A stretch of 64,000 nt of DNA from Mobula hypostoma (taxonomy: Eukaryota), in NCBI RefSeq assembly GCF_963921235.1, contig NC_086108.1, positions 112,656,001 through 112,720,000 on the forward strand. The letters run 5' to 3'. Under the pieces are notes generated by a model that was not told where the DNA came from, did not search any database, and saw nothing but the letters and a program-made list of their open reading frames with translations. Below are positions 10,140-23,929 of this stretch, piece after piece (the first letter of the stretch is position 1; every line of letters begins with the position of its first letter). The position numbers and the translations under genes are program-made.

Positions 10140-10925
10140 TCTCTCTGCACATTGGAGGATATAACAATTTCCTGGGAAAATTTCCACCAAAGAGCCTTAT
10201 AAAGATTTTAAGGATCATCTGGAAGGGCAGACAGACTAACTGGAAGAGGCCACGTGAACAGCATCTCCACCTTGATAAAGGAACACCAACTCCACTGGAT
10301 AAACTATATCATAGAAACATAGAAAACCTACAGCACAATACAGGCCCTTCGGCCCACAAAGTTGAGCCGAACATGTCCCTACCTTAGAAATTACTCGGGT
10401 TACCCATAGCCCTCTATTATCATCTGGATGCCTAACTCACATCTCCCCAAACAGATTCTTTACTCCCAGTTGAAGGGAGGTCAGCGAGCCCCTGGTGGAC
10501 AAAGAAAACGTTTCAAAGGTAAGATCAAAATCAGCCGGAAGAAATTCAACATGACATCTAAAAACTGGGACGACATGGCACTCAACAGATACACCTGGAG
10601 AAACCTGTTCAAGAGGGAGCTGCGCTACATGAGACCGACTTCCACTATGCCGCAGAGAACAAGTTGCAGCTGTGAAAGGAGAGGCCAAACAACCAAAAGA
10701 CCCAACCACTAATCACAACCACCACTTACTCTTGCAAACACTGCACCAGAACATGTAGATCCTGGATCGGCCTCTACAGTCACCTGACGACCCACCAACA
10801 GACAACCCACTAGGATAACTCCTACGCAATTCAAGTGACCGCACTACTGTACAGGCAGATCCAGGATCCATAGACACCCTAGGACCCACCAATAGACAAC
10901 TCCTACTCAATTCAAGTGATCGCAC
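10140..10925 (+). mobile_element. RTE LINE 3' fragment, interrupted by a short CR1 tail (about 10311-10420), with tandemly duplicated 3' end
   Basis: MPNSHLPKQILYSQLKGGQRAPGGQRKRFK matches the RTE C-terminal region; upstream FHQR..IL.I.W remnant. Confidence 0.7.
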
Positions 10926-11260
10926 TCCTGCTGTAGCAGGTAGGAGAGTGCTCTGATTTACTTTAAGCCCTGTAAAACAGCACCAAGATTTCTTGGTTGT
11001 GAGGAGGACAGGAGGCTGTCTGAGAAAGTGCCGGAAGAGGTGTCAGGAGCTGTGCCAGAGTTGCAGATTGGCGTCCAAGGAGTAACGTAATGCCACAATG
11101 ATGTTCAGAGGATACGAGGCGCCTGCTCAAGGATTTAAGCTGCATTTACAGCTTGAGTACAGCCCTGCCAAAGGGCTTTAGCAGTGCTAAAACACCCTCT
11201 CTACTCCAACTTACACAATGAGTGGGGTAGAAATTGTGTAGGCAGAAAAATAATTATTTA

Positions 11261-12500
11261 CATGATAAATCTGTTGGAATTCTTTGAAGAAATAACAAGC
11301 AGGATAGACAAAGGAGAATTGGTGAATGTTGTGTACTTGGATTTTCAGAAGGCCTTTGACAAGGTGCCACACATGAGGCTGATTAACAAGCTACGAGCCC
11401 GTGGTATTACAGGGAAGATTCTGGAATGGATAAAGCAGTGGCTGATTGGCAGGAGGCAAAGAGTGGGAATAAAGGGAGGCCCTTTTTGGTTGGCTGCCAG
11501 TGACTATCGGTGTACCACAAGGGTCTGTGTTGGGACCGATTCTTTTTTGCGTTATATGTCAATGATTTGGAAGTTGGAATTGACGTCTTTGTGGCCAAGT
11601 TTGCAGAAGATACAAAGATAGATGGAGGGGCAGATAGTTTTGAGGAAGGAGAGAGGCTACAGAAGGACTTAAATTAGAAGAATGGGCAAAGAAATAGCGG
11701 ATGGAATACAGTGTCGGGAAGTGTATAGTCGTGCACTTTGGTAGAAGAAATAAAAGAGTTGACTATTTTCTAACTAGAGAGAAAATTTTAAATCAGTGGT
11801 ATAAAGGGACTTCCTGGTACAGGATTCCCTAAAGGTTAATTTGCAGGTTGAGTCGGTGGTGAGTAAGGCAAATACAACGTTGGCATTCATTTTGACAGCA
11901 CTAGAATATAAAAGTAAGGATGTAAGGTTGAGGCTTTAAGGCACTGGTGAGGGTTCACTTGGAGTATTGAGAGCAGTTTTGGGCCCCTTATCTAAGAAAG
12001 GATGTGCTGAAACTGGAGAGGGTTCAAAGGAGGTTCACAAAAATGATTCCAGGATTGAAAGGCTTGTCACGTGAAGAGAATTTGATGGCTCTGGGCCTGT
12101 ATTCACTGGAATTCAGAAGAATGAGGGGTGATATAACTGAAACCTATCGAATGTTGAAATGGCTTGATAGAATAGCTTTGGAGAGGATGGTGGGAATGTC
12201 TAAGACCAGAGAGCACAGTCTCAGAATAGAGGGATATCCTTTTAGAACGGAGATGAGGAGGAATCTCTTTAGCCAAAGAGTGGTGAATCTGTGGAATACG
12301 TTGCCACAGCTGTGAAGGCCAAGTCACTGGGTATATTTAAGGCAGAGATTGAGGGATTCTTGATTGGTCAGGCCATGAAGGGATACGTAGAGAAGGCAGG
12401 TGATTGGGGTTGAGAGGGAAATGGATGAGCCATGATGAAATGGCAGAGCAGACTTAATGGGCCAAATGGCCTAATTCTGCTCCTATATCTTATGGTCTAA
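11261..12500 (+). mobile_element. CR1 LINE, 5'-truncated, decayed ORF2
   Basis: NLLEFFEEITSRIDKGELVNVVYLDFQKAFDKVPH and LERVQRRFTKMIPG fragments with frameshifts; 3' tail ggcctaattctgctcctatatcttatgg. Confidence 0.9.
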
Positions 12501-14164
12501 ATCATTCACTATTTTTCTGTTCCTACTTTCATTGTTAATGTGTTACCTATACATTCCTTAAGTCCAACATTCCTAGCTTCGAGGACACCTTCAAAAGGCG
12601 ATGCCTCAAAAAGGCAGCTGCCAGCACTAGAGGCCCCATCACCAAGGACATACCTTCTTCCCATGGCTTCCAGAAGGGAGGTGGAACAGGAGCCTGAAGA
12701 CATTCACTCAGCATTTTACAAGTAACTGCTTCCCACCACCACCAAATTATGAGGGGTATAGACAGGGTTAATACAAGCAGGCCCTTTCCTTTGAGGTTTG
12801 AAGTCACGGGTGAAGGGTGAAAGGTGAAAGGTTTAAGGGGATCGTGAGGGGAACCCTCTTCACTCGGAGGCTGGTGTGAGAGTGGAACGAGCCGCCAGTG
12901 GATGCAGGGCCAGTTTCAACATTTAAGAGAAGTTTGGATGCTACATGGACGGGAGAGGTATGGAGGGCTCTGGAATGGGGGCAGGTCGATAGGAGCTGCC
13001 GGTTTAAATGGTTTGCATCGGACTAGATGGACCAAATGGCCTGTTGTATGCTGAAATGGCCCCATGACTATTTCTGAATGGACAATGAACCCATAAATAC
13101 ATCATCACTTTTTTTCCTCTTTTTGTTCTACTTCTTGAATTTTTTAATATACATTTCTTATTATAATTTAGAGATTTTTATTATGTATTGCAATGTAATG
13201 CTGCCGCAAAACAACAAATTTCACGACATATGCCGGTGATATTAAACCTGATTCTGATCCTGACTGCTGTCACTCGAGGCCCCCTGGGGTGGTACGTCGC
13301 TACAAAAATCGAGGGGCTTCCCCACCCAACCCGGCCCTTCCCTCTCCAGTAGAGGAAGGAGCTTACAGAGCAGTCCCCCACACCGCGTCCTCACGCCGTC
13401 TGCACTCAGCACGTACTCCTGAAGCCGGGAATGTGTCAGGCTAGCAGCGTTCCCAGGAATTCCAGAACCCATTTGGTCCGATGTGGGTAGAAGACAAGTA
13501 ACTGCTGGACTTCTGGAACCTGTCAGTGCCGTCTGGACTGTGTTGGTAATTGATGGACTAACACAGGCCAGGACACTTGTAGCTCCAGAGACTGGGGTTA
13601 GAGGACGGCCTGTGTAAGTACGTGGGTGCCTGGCTGGGAGGCCGGAATGGGGCTGTTTTGCTGCTGTTGTTGTTTTGTTGTTCTGCAAGCATGATGACAC
13701 GCTCTGATGGTGCCAGAATCAAGTTCAAGGTCATTGTCATCTGACTGGACACCTATACAACCAAACCAGACAACATTCCTTTCCACCACGATGCAGCCAC
13801 ACAACACGTACCCCACACAGTACAGAGAACAAAATACTACACTATAAGTTAATAAAATATTATTCAAAATATATGTAGTAAAGAGCAGCACAGGTAAACA
13901 GGAACCAATACATTAAACTGTGTAAAATGTGTGGTGATATGTGCAGGCTACCCCCAGCACATCGACAGGTTGTGTTGCTTGTTAATGTGAACAGCATTTT
14001 TCACTGTATGTTTTGATATACCTGAACCAGATTCTGACCTGGCTCCATCCCAAGCCCCAGAGCTGGTAAACGGGTTAATTATCCTCACTATACTGAGGTA
14101 CACTGTACCATCATATAAGCTGTCAGGCTGATCAACATCTCCAACCCTAAGGACCACTACATCC

Positions 14165-14350
14165 ACACACACTCCTCTCCACAGTCCCTCCTCACCCCCT
14201 TCATCACCCCATTGTCACTTTATAGTTACACTCCACACCTCATACCCACACTGATACACTCCTCTCCACAGTCCCTCACCACCCCCTTCATCCCCCCATT
14301 CATTGTCACTTCACACTGACACTCCACACCTCATACTCAACCCATACTGA
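14165..14350. repeat. Direct tandem duplication of about 90 bp
   Basis: acactcctctccacagtccctc...cccccttcatc...cattgtcacttt...acactccacacctcatac occurs twice. Confidence 0.7.
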
Positions 14351-15374
14351 CAGTCTCTGTTCTACCCTGATTTCATCTGCCCTGCTGCGACCAAGAAGCC
14401 AAGAATCATTTTGTCATTTTAACATTTTCTGTCAGTCAGCTTGTGTTCAGATACGCTGCACCTACTGTAACTTCATGGACATATACACATATACTGTACA
14501 TACAGTCTAGGTACTGTATATAAGATAATCTTACGTGTATACGGCCACACTCAGTTACTTGTATGTTGTGGTTTATAGGACTGCTTTTCTATTGATGTTT
14601 ATGCTGCATCAGATCTGGTGTCACAATCATTTTGTTCTCCTTTCACTCGAGTACTGAAGATTGCTATTAAATAATCTTGTACTTGTGTCCATACAAATCA
14701 TTTCAACATTTCAGTGCATCGAGGCGGAGCTGGGTCAAACAACAGCAGAATGCGGAATAGAGTGTCACAGTTACAGAGAAAGTGCAGCAAGGTGCAGGGT
14801 CACATTGAGGTAGGCTCTGAGGTCAGGAGGTCAGCTGATGGGACGAGGGGACCAGTCAACGGATGCCCCTGTCGGATGGGCATTCTGCCTGCGTGGAGTT
14901 TGCAGGTTCTCCCGCTGACTGTGTGAGTTATTGATGGCGGTCACGGACACGACGGGAAGCAAGGCCTGTTTCTGGGCCAAATGACTGTACAGTTCTTGTT
15001 TCCTCGGAGAGATGGGGGGCGGTGAAGGGCTTGGGCTGAAAACCAGAAGTTTGGGGGTGGGGGGGGGAGGCAATGGAGACAGTACTGATGCTGTGAGATG
15101 CAGAAGCAGAGAGTGGGGAACTCAAGGCCAGTATGGATCAGATGGGCCGAACAGACAACTTGATCTTAACTTTGCCAGGATGAACAAGAGATCTCGGATT
15201 AGCTTTATTTGTCACGGGTACATCGAAACGTGCGGTGAAAGGCGTTGCTCGCGTCTACAGCCAACACAGTCCGAGGGTGTGCTGGGGGCAGCCTGCAAGT
15301 GTTGCCACATACTCCAGTGCTAACACAGCACGTCCACAACTCCCCTGCTCTAATCTGTATGCCTTTGGAATACC

Positions 15375-15596
15375 AGCGAAAGTGCCTTGTGAACGAGAGA
15401 GGTCAGAGGAGAACGGCCAGACTGGTTCAAGCTGCCAGTAACTCAATAACCACGCATTACAACGGTAATGCAGAGAAAAGCACAACTCATTGAACCTTGA
15501 AGTGGACAGGCTACAGCAACAGAAGACCAGGAACATACACTCCGTGGCCACTTTACTAGGTACAGGAGATTCCAAAGGAAGTGACCACTGAGTGTA
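15375..15596. mobile_element. Tc1-like MITE fragment
   Basis: Similar to 52252-52773; TIR-like cactccgtggccacttta and aagtgaccactgagtgta. Confidence 0.55.
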
Positions 15597-15879
15597 AATA
15601 ATCCCACTGCTAGGGACTTTGAGTACAAGGGAAATGGACTACACCGCTCCATTCCTCTGCCGTTACAATAACAGACGCCAGCACTGACCCACTTTCAGAA
15701 GAACAAACTTTGCTCGTTATATACGCTCGTTGAAGTGCAGACAAGGAACCTCCTACTCCTTGCCTGCTAAGCAGTGCCTGTCACATTCACATACTTCAAC
15801 CTGTAATCTTCACAGCATGGCTCCAGTGATGCATGAGTTGTCCTGATAAATGACAGCCTTCACACCGCCCGCTGCAGGA

Positions 15880-16345
15880 GCATCCAAACTGATGGCATGA
15901 ACATCGATTCTGCCAGCTTCTGGGAATTTTTCCCCTTCCTTCTTCCATTTCCCAGTCTGGCCCCTTACCTCACCTCCTCACCTGCCTATCACCTCCGCCT
16001 GGTGGCCCTCCTCCTTCCCTTTCTCCCATAGTCCACTCTCCTCTCCAATGAGATTCCCCCTTCTTCAGCCCTTTAGCTCTTCCACCAATCACGTCCTAGC
16101 TTCTTACTTCATCCCCCACTTCCCCACCCGCCTGGCTTCACCTCTCACCTTCTAGCTGATACTCATTCCCCTCCCCCCACCCACCCTTTTCTGGCATCTT
16201 CCCCCTTCCTTTCCCATCCTGATGAAGGGTTTCAACCCGAAACGTCAACTGTTTATTCATTTCCAAAGATGTCTGACCTGTTGAGCTTCTACATCACTTT
16301 GTGCATGTTGATCTGGATTTCCAGCATTTGCAAAAACTCTCATCT
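15880..16345 (+). mobile_element. Older PLE 3' fragment with hammerhead motif (16216-16250)
   Basis: ..QTDGMNIDSASF remnant, pyrimidine-rich UTR, CTGATGAagggtttcaacccGAAACGTCaact. Confidence 0.8.
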
Positions 16346-16409
16346 TCACGCAGTGAACTGTGTCAACAAGGCCACTCCATAGTGGATCCACCTCTGGTGC
16401 AGATGGAGA

Positions 16410-16730
16410 TAAGACCATAAGGAGGGAAAGGCCATTCAGCCCATCAAGCCTGCTCTGACATTCCATCGAGGCTGATTTATTTTCCCTCTCAATCCCATTC
16501 TCCTGCCTTCTCTGTTTGACCTTTGAACCTTTGACACTCTGACTAACCAAGAAACCACCAACTTCCTCCATAAATATACTCAATGACTTGGCCTCCACAG
16601 CCATCTGTGGTAATGGATACCAGAGATTCACCACCTTCTGGCTAAAGAAATTCCCCTCATCTCTGTTCTAAACGGACGCCCCGCTATTCTGAGGCTGTGC
16701 CCTCTGGTCCTAGACTTCTCCCACTCTTTA
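16410..16730 (-). mobile_element. CR1 LINE 3' fragment
   Basis: VVNLWYPLPQMAVEAKSL C-terminal motif and 3' UTR. Confidence 0.75.
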
Positions 16731-18384
16731 AGAGGAACATGCTATGCTATTGTCACAGGTACCAAGGTACAGTGATAAACTGTGTTCTGCACGCCATCCA
16801 TGCAGATTGTTTCATCACATCTGTACATTGAGGTAGAAACTGGGAAAACAATAACAGAATGCAGAATTAAGTGTTACGGTTACAGAGAGAGTGCAGACAC
16901 CGGTAAACAATAAGGAAGATCAGAACGAGGTAGATTATGATATCAAGTGTCTACCTTATTGTCCTAGGGGACTGTTCAAGAGTCTGATAACAGTGGGATA
17001 GAAGCTGTCCTCGAGCCTGGTGTACGTGCTTTCAGACTTTTGTATCTTCTGCCCGAAGGGAGAAGAGAGAAGAGGGAATGTCCAGGGTGGGTGGGATTTT
17101 AAATTATATTGCCCCAACATCGAACTGGCCCCAAACCTATGAACTCACTTTAAAGGACACTTTGTCTCATGCTCTCAATATTTGTTGCTTATTTATTATT
17201 TTGTTTTTTCTCTCTTTTTGTATTTGCATAGTTAGTTGTCTTTTGGATATTGGTTGTTTGTCCATCTCGTTGGGCTTGTACCTTCAATAATTATACAGTA
17301 CTGTGCTTTTTGTATTTACGGTCAATGCCTGCGGGCAAATGAATGTCAGGGTTGTATAGGCTGGTAGTAAATTGACTTTGAACCTTACAGGCCAAGATCA
17401 CCAGTTTCAAAATTCGAAGTAAATTTATTACCAAAGTACATATATGTCACTATATACAGCCCTGAGATTCATTTTGTTGTGGGCATTTGCAGTCAATGCA
17501 AGAAACACAATGGAATCAGTGAAAGACTGCACCTGACAGGACGGACAAACAACCAATGTGCCAAGGACAACAAACTGTGCAAATACAAAACGAAAAAAAT
17601 AAAATATTGAAAGTTGTGCACTGCAATGCAAAAAGAAAATGGAAAAAAAACAGTAAATAAATAGACAATAAGTATCAAGAACATGCGATGAAGAGTCTTT
17701 GAAAGTGAGTCCATTGGTTGTGGGAACAGTTCAGCGTTGGGTGAGGGGTGAAGTTAACCCCTCTTGTTCAGGAGCCTGATGATTGAGGGGTAATAACTGT
17801 TCCTGAACCTGGTGGTGTGGGTCCTGCAGTTACTGTCCCTCCTCCCAGAAGGCAGAGCGAGGAGAGCACTGGAAGGTGGGAATCCCGATGATAGACGCTG
17901 CTTACCCTGCCTGTCCCTTCACGGAAAGAACAATCCACTTCGTCCCTGACCTCTGACCTTTTCCATCGCTACTTTTTTCCCCGAGATATTGATTCCCTGT
18001 TAAAAGCAGCTATTATAGATTCAGTTTCCATTATCTCTCCTCTCAGGTCAATCCGTGCCCTAAATAATATTTTTTACTGGCGATCACAATCTCCTCTAGT
18101 TAACAAAACTTGAATTTATAGATAATTTGCCATTGGTTTATTATTGACACAGGTTCTAAGTATAGTGAAAAGGTCTGTTCCCCTACCAAGAACACAAACT
18201 ATTCCAAACACAAGTGGCTTGAGGTAGCAAAAGTAGGAGAAAAAACAATATATAATTACAAATTACAGAGAAATTGTGGTGCGCAGGTGGACAGGTTAAT
18301 GAAAACCACCAGGGGATCACTGGGGTCTCCCTCCCCCACAGTTACCGGTAGCACGGGAGACAAAGGGCCTGAAGAATTACACAG

Positions 18385-18925
18385 AGCAGTACAAGACAGG
18401 AACAGGTCGTTCAGCGCACAATGTTGTGCCAAACTAGTTAAAAAGTAAATCGTAAAATCTTAAAAACACTCCTTCCTACGCAATTACATATCCCTCCACC
18501 TTCCTCATATTCATGCACCTACCTAAATGTCTCTTAAGAGCCTCTAACGTATTTGTCTCTACCACCGGACCAAGCAGTGCATTCCAAGCATCCACCACTC
18601 TGAGTTAAAGAACTTACCCCTCAACATTCACTTTCAACCTACCCCTCTCACCTTCAATACATGTCGTCTGGTATTATACATTTCTAGCTGGGAAACAGAT
18701 ATTCCCTGCCTACCGTATCTATGCCTCACATAATCTTATAAACCTCTACCGGATCTCCCCTAGGCCTTCATTGCTCCAAAGACGAGAACCAAGGCTTGAC
18801 CAGCCTCTCATGGTAAACCAGTCCTGCACCCCTTCAAAGTCACAACATCCTTCCTATAGTAGGGTGACCAAAACTGTATGCAATACTCCAGATGTGGCCT
18901 AGCCAGTTTTATAATGTTGCAACAC
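18385..18925 (-). mobile_element. CR1 LINE 3' fragment (second subfamily)
   Basis: ARPHLEYCIQFWSPYYRKDV remnant. Confidence 0.75.
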
Positions 18926-18930
18926 AAGGC

Positions 18931-21900
18931 AATAAGAGGTAGGAGAATTAGGCCATTCAGCCCAATGAGTCTGCTCTGCCATTTCATCATAGTTGATCCC
19001 AGATCCCACTCAACCCATACACCTGCCTTCTCACCATATCCTTTGATGCCCTGACTAATCAGGAAACTATCAACTTCCTCCTTAAATATACCCATGGACT
19101 TGCCTCCACCACAGTCTGTGGCAGAGCATTCCACAGATTTACTACTCTCTGAATAATAAAAAAAAATCCTCCTTACCTCTGTTCTAAAAGGTCATCCCTT
19201 CAATTTTGAGACTGTGCCCTCTAGTTCTGGATACCCCCTCCACAGGAAACATCTTCTCCACATCTACCCTATCTAGTCCTTTCAACATTCAGTAGGTTTC
19301 AATGAGATTCCCCCGCATTCTTCTAAATTCTAGTGAGTACAGGCCCAAAGCTGCCAAAAGCTCCTCATATGTTAACCCCTTCATTCCTGGAATCATCCTT
19401 GTGAACCTCCTCTGGACTCTCTCCAATGACAACACATCCTTTCTGAGATATGGGGCCCAAAACTGTTGACAATACTCCAAGTACGGCCTGACTAGTGTAT
19501 TATAAAGTCTCAGCATTATCTCCTTGTTTTTATATTCTATTCCCCTTGAAATAAATGCCAACATTGCATTTACCTTCTTTACCACAGACTCAACCTGTAA
19601 ATTAACTTTTTGGGAGTCTTCACAAGGACACCCGAGTATCTCTACACCTCTGATGTTTGAACCTTCTCCCCGTTTAGATAACGGTCTGCACTATTGTTCT
19701 TTTTACCAAAATGCATTATCGTACATTTCCCAACACTGTACCGTATTCCGTCTGCCACTTTTTGCCCATTCTTCCATTTTGTTGAAGTTCTGCTGCAATG
19801 AATCACTTTCTCAGCAAAACCTACCCCTCCACCTATCTTTGTATCATCCACAAACTTTGCCACAAAGCCATCAATTTCATTATCCAAATCATTGACAAAC
19901 AATGTGAAAAGTAGCAGTCCCAATACTGACCCCTGAGGAACACCACTAGTTACTGGTAGCCAACCAGAAAAGGCCCCCTTTTATTCCCACTCGCTGCCTC
20001 CCGCCTGTCAGCCATTCCGCTGTCCGTACCAATATCTTTCCTGTAACACCATAGAATTTTATCTTGTTAAGTAGCCTCATGTGTGGCACCTTATTAAATG
20101 CCTTCTGAAAATCCAATTGAATGATATCCACTGCCTCACTTTTGTCCACCCTGCTTGTTACTTCAGATTTATCAGGCAAGATTTCCCTTGGCAGAAACCA
20201 TGCTGACTTTGACTTACTTTGTCATTAGTCTCCAAGTACCTCAAAACCTCATCCTTAATAACAGACTCCAAACACTTTCCCAACCACTGAGGTTAGACTA
20301 ACTGGCCTATAGCTTCCTTTCTTTTGCCTTTCTCCCTTCTTAAAGAGTGGAGTGACATTTTCAATCTTACAGTCCTCCAGGACTGCGCCAGAATCTAGTG
20401 ATTCTTGAAAGATCATGACCAATGCATCGGTTATCTCTTCAGCAACCTCTCTCAGGACTCTGGAATGTAGTCCTTCTGGTCCAAGTGACTTATCCATCTC
20501 AAGACCGTTGAGTTTGCCTCGCACTTTTTCCTTTGTCATAGCAATGACACTCACTCCTGCTCCCCGACACTCACGGATCTCTGGCACACTGCTAGTGTCT
20601 TCCACAGTGAAGACCGATGCAAAGTACCCTTTGAGTTCATCTGTCATTTCTTTGTCCCCCATTACTACCTGACCAGCATCATTTTCCAGTGGTCCAGTAT
20701 CAATTCTCACCTCCCTTTTATTTTTTATAAAACTGAAAAAACTTCCATAATCCTGCTTCATATTATTGTCTAGTCTGCTCTCATATTTTATCTTTTCCCT
20801 TCTTATAGATTTTTTTAGTTGCCTTTTGTTGGATTTTAAAAGCTTCCCAATCATCCAATTTCCCACTCAGTTCTGCTACCTGATATGCCCTTTCCTTGGC
20901 TTTTATGCAGTCCTTAATTTCCTTTGTCAGCTACGGTTGCCTACCCTGCCATTTGAAAACTTCTTCCTTTGTGGGACATTTCTATCCTGCGCCTTGTGAA
21001 CTGTTCACTGAAACGTTAGCCACCTCTGCTCTGCCATCATCCCCACCAGTATCCCCCTTCAATCCACCTGGACAAGCTCCTCTCTCATGCCTCTGTAATT
21101 CCCTTTATTTCATTGTGATACTGATACATGTGAGTTATGCTTCTCCTTCTCAAATTGCAGTATGAATTCAATCACAGTATGATCACTGCCTCCCAAAGGT
21201 TCCTTTACATTAAACTCCCTAATAAGATCCTGATAATTACACCACACCCAGTCTACAATAGCTTTACCCCGATTAGGCTGAAGAACAAACTGCTCTAAAA
21301 AGCCATCTTGTAGGCATTCAACGAATTCCCTCTTTTGTGAACTGACACCAACTGATTTTCCCAATCCCCTTGTATATTGAGGTCCCCATTACAATCGTGA
21401 CATTACCCTTATTACATGCCTTTTCGATCACCCTTTGCGATCTCGGCCCCACATCTTGGCTACTATTTGGAGGCCTGTATATGGTTCCCATAATGGTTTT
21501 GTCACCCTTGCAGTTTCTTAACTCCACCCACATAGATTCAACATTCTCTGACCTTATGTCACCTCTTTCTAAAGATGTAATTTCAACTCTTTCTAACAGA
21601 GCCATAGTACCATCTACGCCTTCCTGCCCGTCCTTTGATACAGAGTATATCCTTTGGTGTTAAGCTCCCAAATCTGGCCTTCTTACAGCCACAATTCAGT
21701 GATGACCACAATGTCATACTGACCGATCTCTCATTGCGCCTCAAGTTTGTCCACCTTACTCCGAATGCAACACGCTTTTAAATACAGCACCTTCAGTCCT
21801 GCATTCTTTGCCCCTTTGAATTTTGCCTCTGTGGTACAATTTCACTCTTTGCTCTGTCTGCATTTGTACCCAGTCATTGGCTTGTCCTTCCTTACATTCA

Positions 21901-23160
21901 TGTTACACCTACCATCTACTTGTAAACCTGCTGGCTCATCCTCAGCTCTATTATACTGGTTCCCATCCCGCTGCAATATTAGTTTAAGCCACTCCCGTCA
22001 GCTCTACTAAACCTGCCCACAAGAATATTGGTCCCCCTCGGATTAAAGGCCAACCCGTCCCTTTTGCACAGGTCCCACCAGCCCCAGAAGAAGTCCCAAT
22101 TATCCAGAAATCTGAATCGCTGCTGCCTACTCCAATTCTTCAGCCACTCATTTATCTGCCACCTCATTCTGTTCCTATATTCACTGTCACGTGGCACAGG
22201 CAGCAATCCCGAGATTACTACCCTTGAGGTCCTGCTTCTCAGCTTCCTTCCTAACTCCCTGTATTCTTTTTTCAGGACCTCCTCCCTTTTTCTACCCATA
22301 TCGTTGGCACAAATATGTACCATGACTTCCTCACCCTCCCTTTTCAGGATATTGTGGATGTGTCCAGAAACATCTCGGACCCTGGCACCTGGGAGGCAAA
22401 CTACCATCCATGTTTCCTTTTTGAATCCACAGAACTGCCTATCTGTCCCCCTGACTGTAGAGTCCCCTGTTCCTGCTACCATCATCTTCAGTTCTCTACC
22501 CTTCTGAGTCACAGGGCCAGACTCAGTGCCAGCAACACGGTCACTGTTGCTTCCTCCAGGTAGGTTGTGTCCCCCTCCCCAACAGTACTCAAAATGGAGT
22601 ACTTATTGTTGAGAGGGACGGCCACAGGGGTGCTCTCCACTATCTGACATTCTCCCTTTCCTCTCCTGACAGTCTCCCATTTATCTATCTCCTGTAGCCC
22701 TGGGGTGACTACCTCCCTGTAGTTCCTGTCTATCACTGATTCACCTTCCCTAACAAGCTGAAGATCATCGAGCTGCAGCTCCAGTTCCCTAACACGGTTT
22801 ACAAGGAGCTGCATCTCGATGCACCTGGTACAGATATGGCTATCAGAGAGGCTGGGAAGTCTCCTGGAAATCCCACACTTGACACCCAGAACAGAACACT
22901 GGCTCTGTAGACATACCCCTTATTCTCTCGAGAGTGAAATAAGAAATAAGACATGAACTCACCTATTTATCTTGCCTGTCTGTTCTCGCTGTTGAGCTAA
23001 AGCCTTACTACTGTGCCTCAGACTACTCCGACAATGACCGCTCCCCACAACAGCCGCTCGGCTGGTGAGACAGTGCCTCCGTCCTGTAGAGACTGGGTTT
23101 TTAAAGCTCTTCACCGGACCTGCACGGGAGCACGTCTGTTGCGTCTGCACAGTTCTCCAA
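18931..23160 (-). mobile_element. Near full-length CR1 LINE, decayed (ORF1 + ORF2)
   Basis: Ordered fragments on the minus strand: ORF1, APE endonuclease (ESMWVEL..IYRPPNS), RT (PLFKKG, LDFQKAF, FVDDTK), C-terminus and 3' UTR; many stops and frameshifts. Confidence 0.92.
21979..22914 (-). pseudogene. CR1 ORF1: N-terminal Cys knuckle, coiled coil, SGNH/GDSL esterase-like domain (frameshifted)
   Basis: ATG at 22914 then CSGC..., VRELELQLDDL, GDSTVRG, CLPGARVRDV, VHICAND, DGL motifs. Confidence 0.85.
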
Positions 23161-23929
23161 TAACCTCTTGACTTTTGAACTGAATGCCTTAACTAATAAA
23201 AACACGCATTCCATAAGCTTTTTCAAAAACCCTATTGACCTGTGTAGCCACTTTCCTGGAGCTATGAATATTTCTGAGAATCCCTATCACCCATCCCTTT
23301 GACCTGCTACTTTCAGGAAGGAGGTACAGGAGCATCAGGACTAGGACTGTCGGACTGGGTAACAGCTTCTTCCCTCAGGCCATGAGACTAATGAATATGC
23401 CGCCAAAATTCAAAGTACATTATCAAAGTACGTAGACATTATACAACCTTCAGATTCATCTCCCACCAGGCAGCCACGAACAAAGGAACCCAAATGAACC
23501 CATTGAAAGAAGACTGTCAAACATCCAAAGTGCAGAGAGAGAAAAAAAAACAACAAATCATGCGAACAGTAAACAAAGCGAGGGGCATTCTGAAGTCCGC
23601 AGAGAGTCCGTTCTCAGAGTGGCGCAGCAATCTGAACCAGCCCGTCTCTTGCCTCAGGCCCTGACACCCTGACCTTTTCAACCTGGCCTGGTGCCTAAAT
23701 TGTCATCCAAACATTGTTCAGTCTCTTCGACGCCATGATACTATGCCTCCTGAATAGGTCAGCAATCTGCTTACTTGTGCTGCGACTTCACTTGCGTTTT
23801 TGGATTTTATTTTAATAATTTATTTATGTTAATATTTTGTTTTACGTGCTGTGTATGATGTATGCTTTCCTTGAGTCTGGTGGTACATGCTTACAAGCTT
23901 TCTGATCTTCTTCCTGACTGGGGGTGACT

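Noticed and set aside
13367..13418. Minus-strand exon-like segment with faint TNFR-like DAVxGxC look
   Set aside because: Needs a frameshift; too short to support
14925..15035. Minus-strand peptide PSPSPPPISPRKQELYSHLAQKQALL after an acceptor-like site
   Set aside because: No donor site; runs into SINE sequence; no recognised homology
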